From contig QPGO01000132.1 of assembly GCA_008632985.1 (NCBI GenBank), positions 124,001 to 188,000 on the forward strand: DNA of 64,000 nucleotides. Reading direction: 5' to 3'. Source of the stretch: Psammoneis japonica (Eukaryota). The notes below the pieces were generated by a model. It was given only the letters and a program-made list of their open reading frames with translations. It had not been told where the DNA came from and did not search any database. Positions within the stretch are counted from its first letter, which is position 1; each line of letters starts with the position of its first letter. Shown piece after piece: positions 37,750 to 50,038 of this stretch. Made by a program: the position numbers and the translations under genes.

Positions 37750-39782
37750 CTATGTCCGACTCTTCTTTTTAGGCGCCTGTTCCGTTCTTCCGCCATCCAA
37801 GTACAGCTTGGGGCTGTCGGACGGCATCCATACATCCTCGTCTCGTTTCATTCCGGCAAAGTGGATTCGAACATGATCATCGACAACTTCACTAATTACT
37901 CCTGAAAAGCATTGCTCCTTATCACCATTCTCCACCATGAAGCAAAGAACCTTGGTCTGGGGCACAACGCATCTCCGAATCAGTCTCCGTGCAAGCCGGT
38001 ACTCTTCAACTTCTTTGGACGCGGCTTTTTTGGTTCCACCTACCCTGCCTGACTTGCCAGCTTTTTGATTTGCCAATGGCCGAATCACCTCCACGACAAA
38101 TCCATTGTCTTTACGTTTGCCACCTGCAATCTCTTCCTCCTCGTTTTCGACTCGCATGTTTCGCTCTTGCTTTTCATATTCACGATCAATCCATTCGCTA
38201 TACGTAAGCTGTCGGTATCCGACTCGTCGTGCACGGCGAGCGTCCACCTCGTAGCGTTGCAACAGTGACTGAAACTCTTGCATATCGATACGTACCGAGT
38301 GTGGGTGGCACATGCAAACCTTCGCTTCCAAGCCCGTGTGGATCCATTCCGGAACGGCAAAGTTGGTCGACTCTGCCACGTTGAATCCTGTATTGAAACC
38401 AAAGTGATACGACCCCGGAAAGGTAATCACTGACGATTAACACGAGATGGAACGCGTCAGTGAATGTCAGTCGATATATCATGTAACCACACAGCCGTAC
38501 AAACTTACTCGCGTCTCCTGGTCTCTGAATCTGGGTGGTAAAGGGAATACCCGCCTTTATTAAAATAGCAGGCGATACGAGGTTGCGCTTGTGTCGTAAA
38601 ACTCTCCACACGATTGCGCCGCATGTCCAAAGTTGGACTCCATTAACGATTCAAATCGCTTGGAGTGTTGTGGAGCAATGGCATACCAGTATTTGGGCGC
38701 ACCGGCATGGAGATAATTAATAGACAACAAATTCATATCCTCGGTATGTGCGCAAAAGACCGATCCCCACATGCCCACATAGAGATACGGACTCGTCACT
38801 CCGGGCAACCGCTCTCCCTTGGCAGGACTTAGGAGCTGCAAACAGGATTCCAACCCTTCCACGTTCCACCCGCTCGCCTCGTGTCCCTCAAAGAGCGATC
38901 CCTCCATGTCGGCTCCGTACTGTGGCGCTTCCATGGTGGGTCCGAGGCGTTTCCAAAACCGACGGGCCAAATCATCACAGGTTTCATCGTCCGTGTCCTC
39001 CTCGACAATGCTACCAATTTGTCGCTTGCGGTACGCATCGGCTAACTCACGAAAGGCTGACAGAGTGGTGGAGGGTTGATCCAAGAGTGTGTACTCGTAC
39101 ACACCGCCAATGCCAGACACACACTGTTTAATGGGACTTTTGACAACCAAATCACCCAATTTTGTACCTTTTTGCCACTAAGAGATATTTATACAGAAAA
39201 ACAGGTCGAAGAAAAGCAGCAAACGCCGAGAAAGCAGGAAAACTACCGTAAGTTTTACGAACTCATGAGAAGCCCATAAGTTTTTTTCACCGAAAATTGA
39301 CTTACATGCGGTCCTCTTCCCGTCAAGTCTTTTCCTATACCAGAATAATCCCACCAACCCTCAGGAAGCGTCACTTTTGCAATTCCATCCGACCAACAGG
39401 GCGGCGGTGTAAAGTTTATATATTTCTCCAAACTAGCTTTATTTTTCGGCGGCCGGATCCCTCGGTTTCTCGTGTGCATTTTACGAGGTACCTTCTTGTC
39501 TTGTTGTTCTTCGTCGTCGTCGTCCTTTAAATACGGATCACACTGTAGAATTTTGGAGCGCACATAATCGGAAAAGCCGAGCTTGTGCAACTCTTCCAGA
39601 GTGGGTTCGTATGCTCGAGCGCGACTTGTATAAGCGTGTGTCTTTTTGTCTAAAAACGAATTGGCTTCGGTCTCGAGTGTCTTGTATTGTTGTGATAAAC
39701 GTGATGGCTTTGTTGAATCATCTCTATTACTATTTGTTTCTTCTTTGTGAGCCATGCTCGTCGCGTCGATTGACGACGCCAT
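37750..39782 (-). CDS. KDM4/JMJD2-like JmjN/JmjC histone demethylase with C-terminal Tudor/chromo-barrel-like domain; exons 39782-39306, 39177-38509, 38429-37750; apparent 1-bp frameshift at ~38600
   Basis: YEPTLEE..GIAKVTLPEGW (JmjN); PYLYVGMWGSVFCAHTEDMNLLSINYLHAGAPKYWY, (F)LRHK, ITFPGSYHFGFNTGFNVAESTNFA (JmjC); VRIHFAGMKRDEDVWM. Confidence 0.88.
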
Positions 39783-40157
39783 GGTTGTGACATTGGGTTG
39801 TGTCAGATTTTCTCAACAAACGCGAACGGCACGACGAGCGCGCGCGACCGCGCAACCAGCGTGAATTGTACGTGGTTTTTGTACCAACGCCTGACATCCT
39901 TGAGTTATATATACAGTATATTCGATCATGTAGCTATTTTATGAACCGCCTTCTGTCGCTCCTGCGACTCATCTATGGATAAAAGGCGTACGCGCTAAAA
40001 TGTGTTCGACTTTTTCAAAATTCTTTTTTTTTTTCTGCCGTTGCATTCAAATCACCATCGTTGCTCTGCGATCATCCGACTTTGTCATTCAGAGCTTTTG
40101 CATTGCTGATTGCTTGTGCCGTTCCTTGCATCATTGAAATAAAACATCACTGCCATC

Positions 40158-41216
40158 ATGGCCAAAGTGGATGGCGAGAGGATTACAAAGTTCGGGGCAT
40201 CATCTCCGCCCGAAACGAACGGCGAGATTGCAAAGTTCTGGTCCGACATTCAAAAGAACTTGGAGCAAGACGATTTGGATGCTCTTGAAGACCTTTTGGT
40301 GGCCGTTTGTCACTCTGACAACATGTCTTTGCTCCACTCGAAAAGTAAAAAGGGCAGGACGATTACGGAAACCATTTGCCGTTTAGAGGCGAATCCGTGT
40401 CTTTTAGATTGCCTTGATGCTGCCATTCAAAAGGGTGTCGCCGTCACGGATGAATGCTATCGGCTCGTCTTGGGTGGGAACGGATCTGGATACACAAGTC
40501 CTGATGCTTTGGTGGGTCTGATCAAGTCAGGTTATTTTCCACTGGAATTGGATGGAAGGAAAACATTGGAACGCATTGTGCACGTTTGTGACAAAGAACA
40601 TTTAGACAAAGTTTTCGGTCCACTTTTGGGAGATTTTTCGCATTCTACTGGATTGAAACAAGAGCAGATCGACAACATGAAGGCAAAACTGCCCAAAATC
40701 AAGGCTAACGGAAAGTCGTACTTTGTGAAGGGAGGCAAGTTTGCAAAGTGGTTGAAAGATTGCAAGAACGTCAGGAGGTACAAGAATGAGGAACTATTCA
40801 CTCATGAAGGGAACGTCGAGAACAAGGAGAACGAAGCATCAGAGGGAAATATGGAGAAGTCAGCCCCCCCATTAGCTCGCACGAAAAAAATTCGCTGCCC
40901 AGTATGTGGAAAGGCGTTTGAATCTCGTGACGCCCTGAAAACGCACCTAGCTAATCAATCAGGAGCAGCACACAAACGTTATCGAGCCACACACGGAAGC
41001 GACGTAGTGCCGCCAACGAAACAAGCTCGCACATCAACTACATCCCTCTGCCCAGTTTGCAGGAAGTCGTTCAATTCTCATGCTGATTTGCAAGAGCATT
41101 TGACCACTCAGTCCGGAGTAGGGCACAAACGTCATCGTGTGGAAAACGAAATGGAAAAACCGTCCGAGCCCAGGAGGCGTCTCCCGAAACGATCTCGTAT
41201 CGCACCTTCCACGTAG
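40158..41216 (+). CDS. Protein with two C2H2-type zinc fingers and a helical N-terminal domain
   Basis: CPVCGKAFESRDALKTHL..H and CPVCRKSFNSHADLQEHL..H. Confidence 0.8.
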   Translation: MAKVDGERITKFGASSPPETNGEIAKFWSDIQKNLEQDDLDALEDLLVAVCHSDNMSLLHSKSKKGRTITETICRLEANPCLLDCLDAAIQKGVAVTDECYRLVLGGNGSGYTSPDALVGLIKSGYFPLELDGRKTLERIVHVCDKEHLDKVFGPLLGDFSHSTGLKQEQIDNMKAKLPKIKANGKSYFVKGGKFAKWLKDCKNVRRYKNEELFTHEGNVENKENEASEGNMEKSAPPLARTKKIRCPVCGKAFESRDALKTHLANQSGAAHKRYRATHGSDVVPPTKQARTSTTSLCPVCRKSFNSHADLQEHLTTQSGVGHKRHRVENEMEKPSEPRRRLPKRSRIAPST

Positions 41217-41627
41217 TTGTAGTAAGCGAACGACCCGTTCTAGAGAGTATAAGTACAACGCAGTTTCATATCAAGTAAAAGCTTTACAAACGGAGTTCGG
41301 CTGCACGATGCAAGTCTCTAGATTGGAGCATGACCATGCCTTGTGCTTCTGTTCAATCACACCCTCAACTAATCTGTCCATCAAACACAACCTGATGAGA
41401 TGCGTCCCTGGCTCTGGGGGCTGCTCGAGCCTTCTGCAGCAACCGGTAGCCTTTGTAGTCAAGCTGACAAGCTTCTCCATCCTGAAACGTTTGTCCGCGG
41501 TTGAGAAACGCGTCTTTATTTCAAGCTCGGCATCTGAACGGAAGTACTCAAACACATTTTCGCGCCACTTTAAAACCACGCTTCCCACACAATACCAACA
41601 TCCCCCAAGCCGAGGCACGCCAACGTA

Positions 41628-41781
41628 AAGGAATCCATCAAATTTAACTCGAGCCGGAGGCTTTAAGAACATCAAGATTTTTGAAGGCCAGTCTCGCTCT
41701 TGATAAGGAATCCATCTGCTTTAACTCGAGCCGGAGACTTTAAAAACGTCAAGATTTTTGAAGGCCAGTCTCGCTCTTGAT
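41628..41781. repeat. 77-bp tandem duplication overlapping the 3' end of the STAND ATPase gene
   Basis: aaggaatccatc..tttaactcgagccggag..caagatttttgaaggccagtctcgctcttgat present twice. Confidence 0.9.
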
Positions 41782-44700
41782 CGCAGAGATGAACTGCTGT
41801 GATCTAGTACAGAGAATCTACCTTCGGTCTCTTCACAGAGCTCAAGTATGTTGCACCGAGTCTCATTGATGTGACCAACTTTAGCCTGGGCACCCCATTC
41901 ACCATAGAGTCTTTTAGCTCGAATCAGGTAGGTTTTCGCCCACGACAAATCCTTTCGCCGTCGAAAGTACTCACCAGCCCGCTCATTTGCCAGGGCTTGA
42001 ATGAATAAAGACCCAAGCCTGCCTGCAGCTGAAATTGCCTTGTCAAATCGCTTCTGTGTAGCCTTTACGTTTCCCTTCTACGTACATGCCAGGGATTCGG
42101 CTTCAAGAAGCAGCAGCATGTGGTGATAGGCAACAGCCCCCTTTCCAACCAAGCGACGGAATTGCCGGACGGCCGTGCTGCCCATTCGATAGTCTGGTGA
42201 AACATTAGACGTGGAATGAAGTCCAAACATAGTCATGGCCCGAAAAAAGATCCTGTAAGGCACAAATACTTGTGGTCCCTCTAGATCTTCAGATGACATC
42301 TTGGCATACATTGAAAAGGCTCTCGGAAGATCGTCAAATAAGTACGAAAGAACCATTCCATGGAAGTACAGTGCATGCAATGCAAGTCCGGCGTCTCCAG
42401 GGCTCCTTCCCCATCGTTCAAGCGCTTCTCGTTCAACCATGAATTCTCCGGTAAGTTCTATTTGATTCGTCGCTTCCCCCGTCAGATTCGCCACAAACTG
42501 GAAAAATGGAGCATGGTTATTAGCATAAAAATACTGATAGTCGTTCAGAAGCTCTCGGTACTTTCGAATGTCCTCCAGCAGTGGATCCAACTGAAGTCCA
42601 GAGACGAAATAGATCCGAAGGTATACGCCAGTGTCATTCAACAGATAATCAACAGATCCTCTTTCCCATTGCTTGTGGAGAGCGTCCGAAACCTGATCGA
42701 TTCTGTCATACAAGGGGAACTTCCAGTGCCTTAGGAAGTAATGAAAAAGAAGCAACGCTCGAAGATCTGAAACATGTCGCTCCTGTTTTGCGAAATGATA
42801 GCCAATCTCTCCATATCTATAGCCCTGGTCAATCATACCCATTTGTGCTAAGGCAAAGCCATAACCAACTAAGCAAACGGAAGTAGCGGCTACTCGACCG
42901 AATCGTAGTGATAGTTGGACTACTTTCAACGCTGCAAGCACGCAATGCTCGGTCTTTGACAGATTCCAGGCAACTTCTGCTAAACGCTCCAAAAACCCGG
43001 CAGCAGCAATCGCGACTGCATCGGTGGCGTCGGGCATTCCAACAAGTTCTCCACGCGACCGTGATGCCAACATCGTGCGCGTGCGGATCTGCTCATGAGG
43101 AAGACGGACCTTTACAAGTTGGCGGGGAAATGGATGCCCTAGCTCAGACAAAATATCCTGGAGGGTACTAAAAGCACCAACTGAATCGCTCTTTTGTAAT
43201 AGGCAAAGGACTTTAAAATGGTATGCATCGGACGCCTCCACTGCCGTGCGTGCATTAGCAATCACCTCACTCGCTACATCATCGCCTGCATCGAAGTGCT
43301 TGCAAAAAAATTCTACCCGACATCTGGTGCTGGCCAATCGAAGCATCAGTCCATAATGCTTGTCCCATCCCTCTTCACCAAGAAGCTCCATCCCGCTCCG
43401 AAGAAAGTCAGCAGCAGGGAAGAAACCAGAACGTCGCATAGCGAGTTCCGCTGCGTCAAAATTAATTTGGGCAAGGTCAAGCTTCTCTGTCTCGCCCACG
43501 TCTTGAGTGGGCGACAAATTGTACTGACCAGCAACAATAAGCAGCAATTGCTCTCGATCCAAGCCTTCCTTCTCTTTGTCTTTCGTCTGCGACAAGGCTC
43601 TGCGCAAGCGTCTACCAATCTTCAAATGATGCATGGATAGCTCATCACCATTCCCTAACAAGGAGTACGCGCCTTCCCGGATTCGATCGTGGGAAAATTT
43701 GTACCGCGAGTCTGATATTTGGAGCAGAAGCCCATCGGCAACCGCCGTTTGGAGAGCATATAGCAGGTCAGTCCGCTTGGTTCGATCTGACGTTTCATCA
43801 TGCATGGCATGCAAAAGTATGTCTGCAGAAAAGTGCGGAAGACCAAAGCATGATGCCGTCGACAATGCATCACTAACCTCGTCCGATAAATCCCCCAACT
43901 TGTGCGCAACAAGGTCCACAGCATTTTCTGAAAGGTCCATTTCTGATCGAATGCGATCCATATCCCACTCCCAATGGTAACGTCGCAATGAGTACTTTAG
44001 AAGTTCTCGCGTCTCCAGCAACCTCACAAACTGGATGACAGAAAAAGCGTTACCTGCCGTTCTCTGTTGGACAACTAATGCCAGCTTGCGTAACTCATCA
44101 TCCTCTTCATCATCACGGCGTAGTAACGAAGATAGTATTGACTGAATATCATGAACCGGTAAGCTTGACAAGGAAAGCTCAGTAGAATTGGAGAGCCCCT
44201 TCAACAAAAGATCCGAATCCATAGGAAGCGGCCGATGTGCACAAAGGAATAGAACTTGTTGTTTATTATGTGAATCCATGAGCAGAGTCCTTATCAAAGC
44301 TAGCGAGTCAACGCCGGCCCATTGAAGGTCGTCGAGGAACATTATAACAGGCTCTCGCGATGAAATTGTTCGCAACAGACGACGTAATGCAAATCTCTTT
44401 CTGTCAAAACTGTACTGGTTATGTTCACCGCTGCTGGTAGTATCAATGTAGCGTTTCTGTTCAGGTCCCTCGATGTTTGGCACGATCGTCTTGAGGACAG
44501 CTAACTCAGACTGCATTTCATCTTCAATGAGCTTCCTCCATGTATCCGCAGAGTCTGAAGTCCAGATAACCTGCAACAACATAGCAAAGGCATCGGTCAA
44601 AGCAGCAAGAGGGGTCGAAGGCCCTCCTACTTGCTCCTCAAACTTGCCTTCACCAAAAAGGGCCTTTTGTGTCGTGCGGAAATGGTGTACCAACGCTGTC

Positions 44701-44852
44701 TTTCCACTCCCGGCTTCACCGCGTATGAAAACAGTCACACACGCAACTTGAGGCGATTGACATTGCTGAAAAGCATCTTTCAGCTCCTTTAGCTCGCTCT
44801 CGCGACCACAGAACCGAAGATAATGCTTAAAATCGAGCTTGATTGGCGGCAT
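41721..44852 (-). pseudogene. Intronless STAND-class AAA ATPase + TPR-like protein, interrupted by an in-frame TAG at 42080-42078
   Basis: FCGRESEL, GEAGSGKT (Walker A), MFLDDLQWA (Walker B), TAGNAF, YKFSHDRIREGAY; after the stop the frame continues ALANERAGEYF..YGEWGAQAKV. Confidence 0.75.
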
Positions 44853-47519
44853 GCTCGAGCCAAACTGGAAACTGGATCCCCTGGTAGAGAGGAAATTTTG
44901 AACTTTGCTCAATCAATGAAATAAACGAGAACAGTGAACAGCACCATCAAGGTTCACGCCACGCTTCACTCCTGGGAGCACTGACATCTTCTGATGACAT
45001 TTTGACATTGGATGTGCGTTACTGCACCATAGCGGGGCGGGGGGGGGCTTGTTTCATGTAATCGTTCCTCGTAGACGACTACTACACGAGTGCCTGCGGG
45101 GTGACTTCTTTTTTCGAAAAGCTGCCCCGACATCCAAAAGCCTGTGGTATGGTTCGGAGTCGCAGAGCAGTCTTTTTGTCGTTTTGTCGATGACAATCGC
45201 TGATCGATTGCCCTCTGTCATTCTCTGACTCTGCTCTTCTCTGGCAGATGATGCTCCTGACCGAGCACTCTGGTTTTGGTTGTGGCGCAAGCCATGAGCA
45301 CCAGACCTTGAGCCAGGGCAGGGCTGGCAATTCCAGGAACCCGGAACTGGAGCTCTTTGCTCTGGAAAGCCGCAAAAGGTGGGTGGCATGGGCTGCAAGC
45401 AAAAAATCACTCTCAACTCATCAACGTGCAGCACACAATGTTGACAAAAGAAAAGAGAAAGGTTGCTGTGGCTCCTCAGGTGCTCACAGTGCAGGTGTGC
45501 AAATCGTCTCCGAAGCAGAGCAATGCAAAGCAGACCCCCACCCACTCACACAGGGGGGAGGCACAGACCACCATCTCCTGTTGGTCTCCGATCTGCACCA
45601 AATTTGTTTCCATCCACAACTCACAGATGAGACTTCTGCACAACCAGAGCATTTCTTGCACCGCCAACCAGTTTGATGGGGAAGGCCCGTCAAACTGCAG
45701 AAGTCACACATGCACGATGAAAAAGGAGCAGCCCCCCCCCTTCCCACCACACGGCTGGGCTGCTTGGAGTGAAAAAGGATTTTCCAAAGTCATGAAATGA
45801 GATGTGGAACAGGTTGGGCCCAGTTGTGTGCCATGATCACCTTGCTGGGGATGCAAGCAAAATCTTCAAAGCCTGCCACAATGTGACTCACCGGCGGAGG
45901 CATGACTTTGACTTGATCAGAAAATTTGTCTGTGATGATCAACTTTGTCATTGTTGATGTGAAGTGTGTTGAAAGCAACTGGAAAGAACCTTTGAAGGCA
46001 ACTGTGTTCATTGTGACCCTCCAATCACTGTTGAAGCTGCTCAAAACTACAGTCTTCATCATGGCAACACCCGGCTTGCCAACCTTCGGAGCACAGGCCA
46101 AATTGTTGACTTTGACTTCATGGGAAATGAAAAGCACCTGCATCATGGTTTGCTGTCAATTCATCAAGATGGCAGATGCCATCAACAGATCAAGAATGCA
46201 ATGTCAAGGAGGGAAAGATGGACAAACTTGGAATTGAAAAACAACACGATTGGCTCTCAATTGCATTTGCAGCGAAGCTCTTAAAAGCAGATGGTCCTGG
46301 ACACAACAAGGAGTGGACTCAAGTGGCATTTTGAATGGAGTCAATGGTGCATCTGTTCACTTAAAAGACAACAACATTGAGCTGCCAGTGGGTGCACCAG
46401 GAGCAACACCTGAGAAGGACAAAAGTGCAAACCATCACTTCACTTGCACAAGACTCAAGGAACAGAAAAGCATTTGTGTGCAGCCTTGAATGTGAGCTCC
46501 CTGTCATTTGGCACCATTGTCTTGGCATGTTAAATGGCCATCTGCCCCCCTCTCCTGCAAGTCCAAATTCCCAGCAAAGACTTGACGACATGGTCAAAAT
46601 GGCGTGAATGAGGTCATTTGTGTTGGTGCCAGCCATTTTTGAGTCTCTTCTGGAGAAAGCCAATGTGCCCCAAAGAGAAGCTCTTGAGTCAAACATCAGT
46701 GACCAGGAGTGCTGTTCTCATGAACAGCTTTTTTGTCAGATGCACCTCCAAGAAGCACCAGCAATCCAATGGTGTGGCAACACTGCACTGGAACATCAAA
46801 GAGTGCAGTGATGTCATCCACAGAAGGAGGCCAGGCAGAATGTCTGTGCAAAGAGTCTCTCCACAATCTGAGAGAGTCTGTGTGTGACAGGAGTCACTGA
46901 GATTTTGTCACCCTGCCATGATCAGAAAGAAAGAAGCTGACCAATCAAAAGGAAATGGGACAAAAAACAGCAAAGGATCAAAACAGTCCCATGCATTGAT
47001 GTGGACAAAGGCCCAGCAGAAGTGTCCCCTCAGATGGTGGTGTGCATCATGGCGGGCATGTGGTGCCCAGCCAAGGTTGAAACAGCATGTCACAAAACAT
47101 CATCACTGCACTTTAATCTCAAGCTCCACTCACACCAAAACAGTCTTTGTTCCTCTCACTCTGCAGTTGACTGAAGCTTGGTGCCACAAGTCTTGTGTGA
47201 GGCTGCTCCCAAGAACAGCACCATGCTGGGGAGCAAGCTGGCTTCTCCACCATCCACTCTACAACAGGTGTGAGAGAGCAACACAACACCCACCTGAATC
47301 TGTCCTGCAATTCATGGAGGCCAGCTGAACTTCTGAAAAACAAGCAAACAGAGTCAGGCTGATTCCCATTTGTTGATCCACCCTGAGTCTGGCAAATGCC
47401 AGGGAGGTGGGCAAACCCCCTCAAACAGATCCACACAAGCTTGCAAACCCTCTCTGGCATGTCCTCATGTTGTGTTGGTGCTGTCAGGACTCCAAAGACA
47501 TCAGAGCATGCTCAGAACC

Positions 47520-49100
47520 TTCACAGCTTCAATGAACAACAAAGATGCACAGGCAAAACAAGCAGCAGGGCTTCAGCAAAGCAATCCCCCATGTGTCTTT
47601 GCAGCTGTCATGTCCCTTTTCATGCTCCCTTGTGTGCCATCTGTTCATGGAGTCCACATCATCTGAATCTGCAACACTCAACTCTGCAGCACAGGCTTTT
47701 GTTGATGCTGCCAACCTCTCCCAGCCACACCCACATTCTTGACTGCCAGCCTGAAGCTTTCTGGGTCTGCTTCCAGTGCTTGTTTCACCAGCAACTTGAG
47801 TTCTAAGTCAACTTCTCCCAACTCCAACACATGGCCCTCTGCATTGCAAAAACCTGGCCCATCAAGCTGCCCAGCTGGAGCTTTGACATCTGTCAAACCA
47901 CTTGGCCATGCTTTGTGGTCTGTCAAGCGATGAGCGCACATCTTTTGCCACTTGCCAGCAACAGCTGGGGGCACAAACTGGGGCCCCTCTGCTGGCTGGA
48001 ACCTGTTGCATCATTCTCAGCCACAACAGCACAGTTGCAGAACCTGATGATTGCTCTGAATCTTAGCTCACTTTGTCAGATCTGTTTTGAGATCAATTTG
48101 CTCAAGTGGAGAGGATTTTTGACTGTGACAGAGCAGAAAGTCAGGCACTGCAGACCACAGTCTGTGAGATTGTTTTGGCAAATCACTGCCAAAAAAGATT
48201 GACAACACTTTGCAGCATTGCCCTGACAGCATCATTTTGATGAGCTGTTCATCTTTCATCTCTGTCAAAGGTCTGTGAGTGACTGTTGCTTTCAAGCTGT
48301 TTGCACAAGAAATGAGATGTGCCAGACAGCACCTTGGCCAGCAAAGCAGTTGGGTGCTTTTGTGACATCTTTTCCACACAACTTGCTGATGATGGTGATT
48401 TGCAATGCTGAAAGAGGTTGTTGGGGGGGGATCTGAGCATTGCAGAAAAGGCAAAAACTCACAGTGAGAAGTGTGTGCCACCATCAATGCACACATCATG
48501 ATGCCCAAGGTCAAATGCCAGCTCTGGAGGTCATGCAGAGCACTTGTCAAGATGCATGCATCAACACACAACCGCGCACTTGTGGCATGCACAAACAATC
48601 TGGTGACTGACCAACATGACATGAAAAAGGCAAAACAACAGATTGAACAATGCAGGCAGCTGTCATGGCTTGTGTGTGGTCACACAAAAAATGTGAGTTG
48701 CCACCCAGAACATTTTTAAGAACTTGGAGATCATGATCATGTGGCAGCAAGTGCCCAACAGCATCAAGTCCCTCTTCAATGGGCACATGCAAAAATCATC
48801 TTGCCATGAAGAGGCTGACAAGAAAATGTGTGCTTGTTGGCCAAGTCATGATCACACTCACCAGCTCCCTCACCAGCACCAATGGAAGCAAACAATCTAG
48901 AGAGATGCAGTCAACTGGAGTTGATGGCACCTCAAAGTTGCTCTCCACATCACATCATGAGCAAAAGATGCACCCCATCTGCCCATCTTCAGAACTTGCT
49001 CAGCACACCTGTGGCAGTTGATGGTTGCTGAGCCCCTGCTTTGAACAATGTCTAATCTGCTGAATTCAGTGCAAAGATGCTGTGCTTGTGAAGGCCAGGG
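47520..49100 (-). mobile_element. Degenerate tyrosine recombinase of a DIRS/Ngaro- or Crypton-like element
   Basis: DGPGFCNAEG..L..QALEADP..ECGCGWERLAASTKA..DDVDSMNRWHTREHEKG matches the recalled YR pattern GPAF.D..G...YG..RS.RRG..T.A...D...NRWR..E..KG; frameshifted. Confidence 0.55.
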
Positions 49101-49800
49101 AGGCAAGTTTTCATTTTCTCAAGTTTTACAAAGATCACCAACGCGGCCAAAAAATGTGATGTCAATCTGTTCTGTCAGGCAGGCAAGCAAAAAATCATCC
49201 ACTTGTCAGAGTGATGGAGTGCCTGCTTGGTGCTCAATTGAATGCACCAGAGCACATGCACTTGCAACAAGCACATTTGTTTCTAAATGGCGGCTTCAAG
49301 TCAGCAAGAGCACCAGAGTTTGTGTGCTTTTCCCACAAGATGTCCAACTCAAGATGGCCCTGGGTGGAGTGCAGCACAGCTTGGGTCAACCTTCTTGCCA
49401 AACTTTCCTTCATGCCATGACACACAAGCCAAGTCAGCCAAAACAAAAACAGGCTTGGACAGTTCTCTGGAAGATTGTGCATGTGGATCATTGGCATTGC
49501 TGGCACACAGAACAAACAACACAACATCCTTGCACCAAGAGCAACACATGGTTGCTGACTTGATTGATCCATGCACAATGAAGAGCAGGCAGACATGCCC
49601 ACTTGTGGTGCAAAGTGGGTGCAGCTTTCTTGGAGCCATCACCAACACATTGCTGGGGGGGGGCAATGCTGTTCACCTTGTTTCTTCTGAGGGAGCACTG
49701 GTGCTCAGATGTTTGTGTGCACCATGAAGTGCCACTCTGGAGGTTGGGCCTGTGGTTGTGGATTGTCCACTTGTGCCCCATGATGGGTGATGGACCAAGC

Positions 49801-50038
49801 CACCCTGCACAAGAAGTCTGGAATGTTGAACTGCGTAGAAACCGTCGTAGAATCAGCACCAGGGTGGTCAAAAAAGTCTGGAATGTCCGATTTTGACAAA
49901 AAACACACAGAATCTGGTGTAGAGTCAGTGCCAGGAATGTCCAGAAAAACACGAAAAATCCCGCCATTCCAGACTTTGTTGGCTTGTCTGGCACAAATTC
50001 CATGCAGGAATGACATTCCAGACTTTTTGTGTCGGGCA
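49801..50038. mobile_element. ~240-bp MITE with terminal inverted repeats and probable (mutated) TA target-site duplication
   Basis: Left caccctgcacaagaagtctggaatgt versus reverse complement of right tgcccgacacaaaaagtctggaatgt (21/26 identical); internal inverted pair aaagtctggaatg (~49873) / cattccagacttt (49965). Confidence 0.75.

Noticed and set aside
41271..41675. 134-aa minus-strand ORF
   Set aside because: Starts inside the 77-bp duplication and has no recognisable motif.
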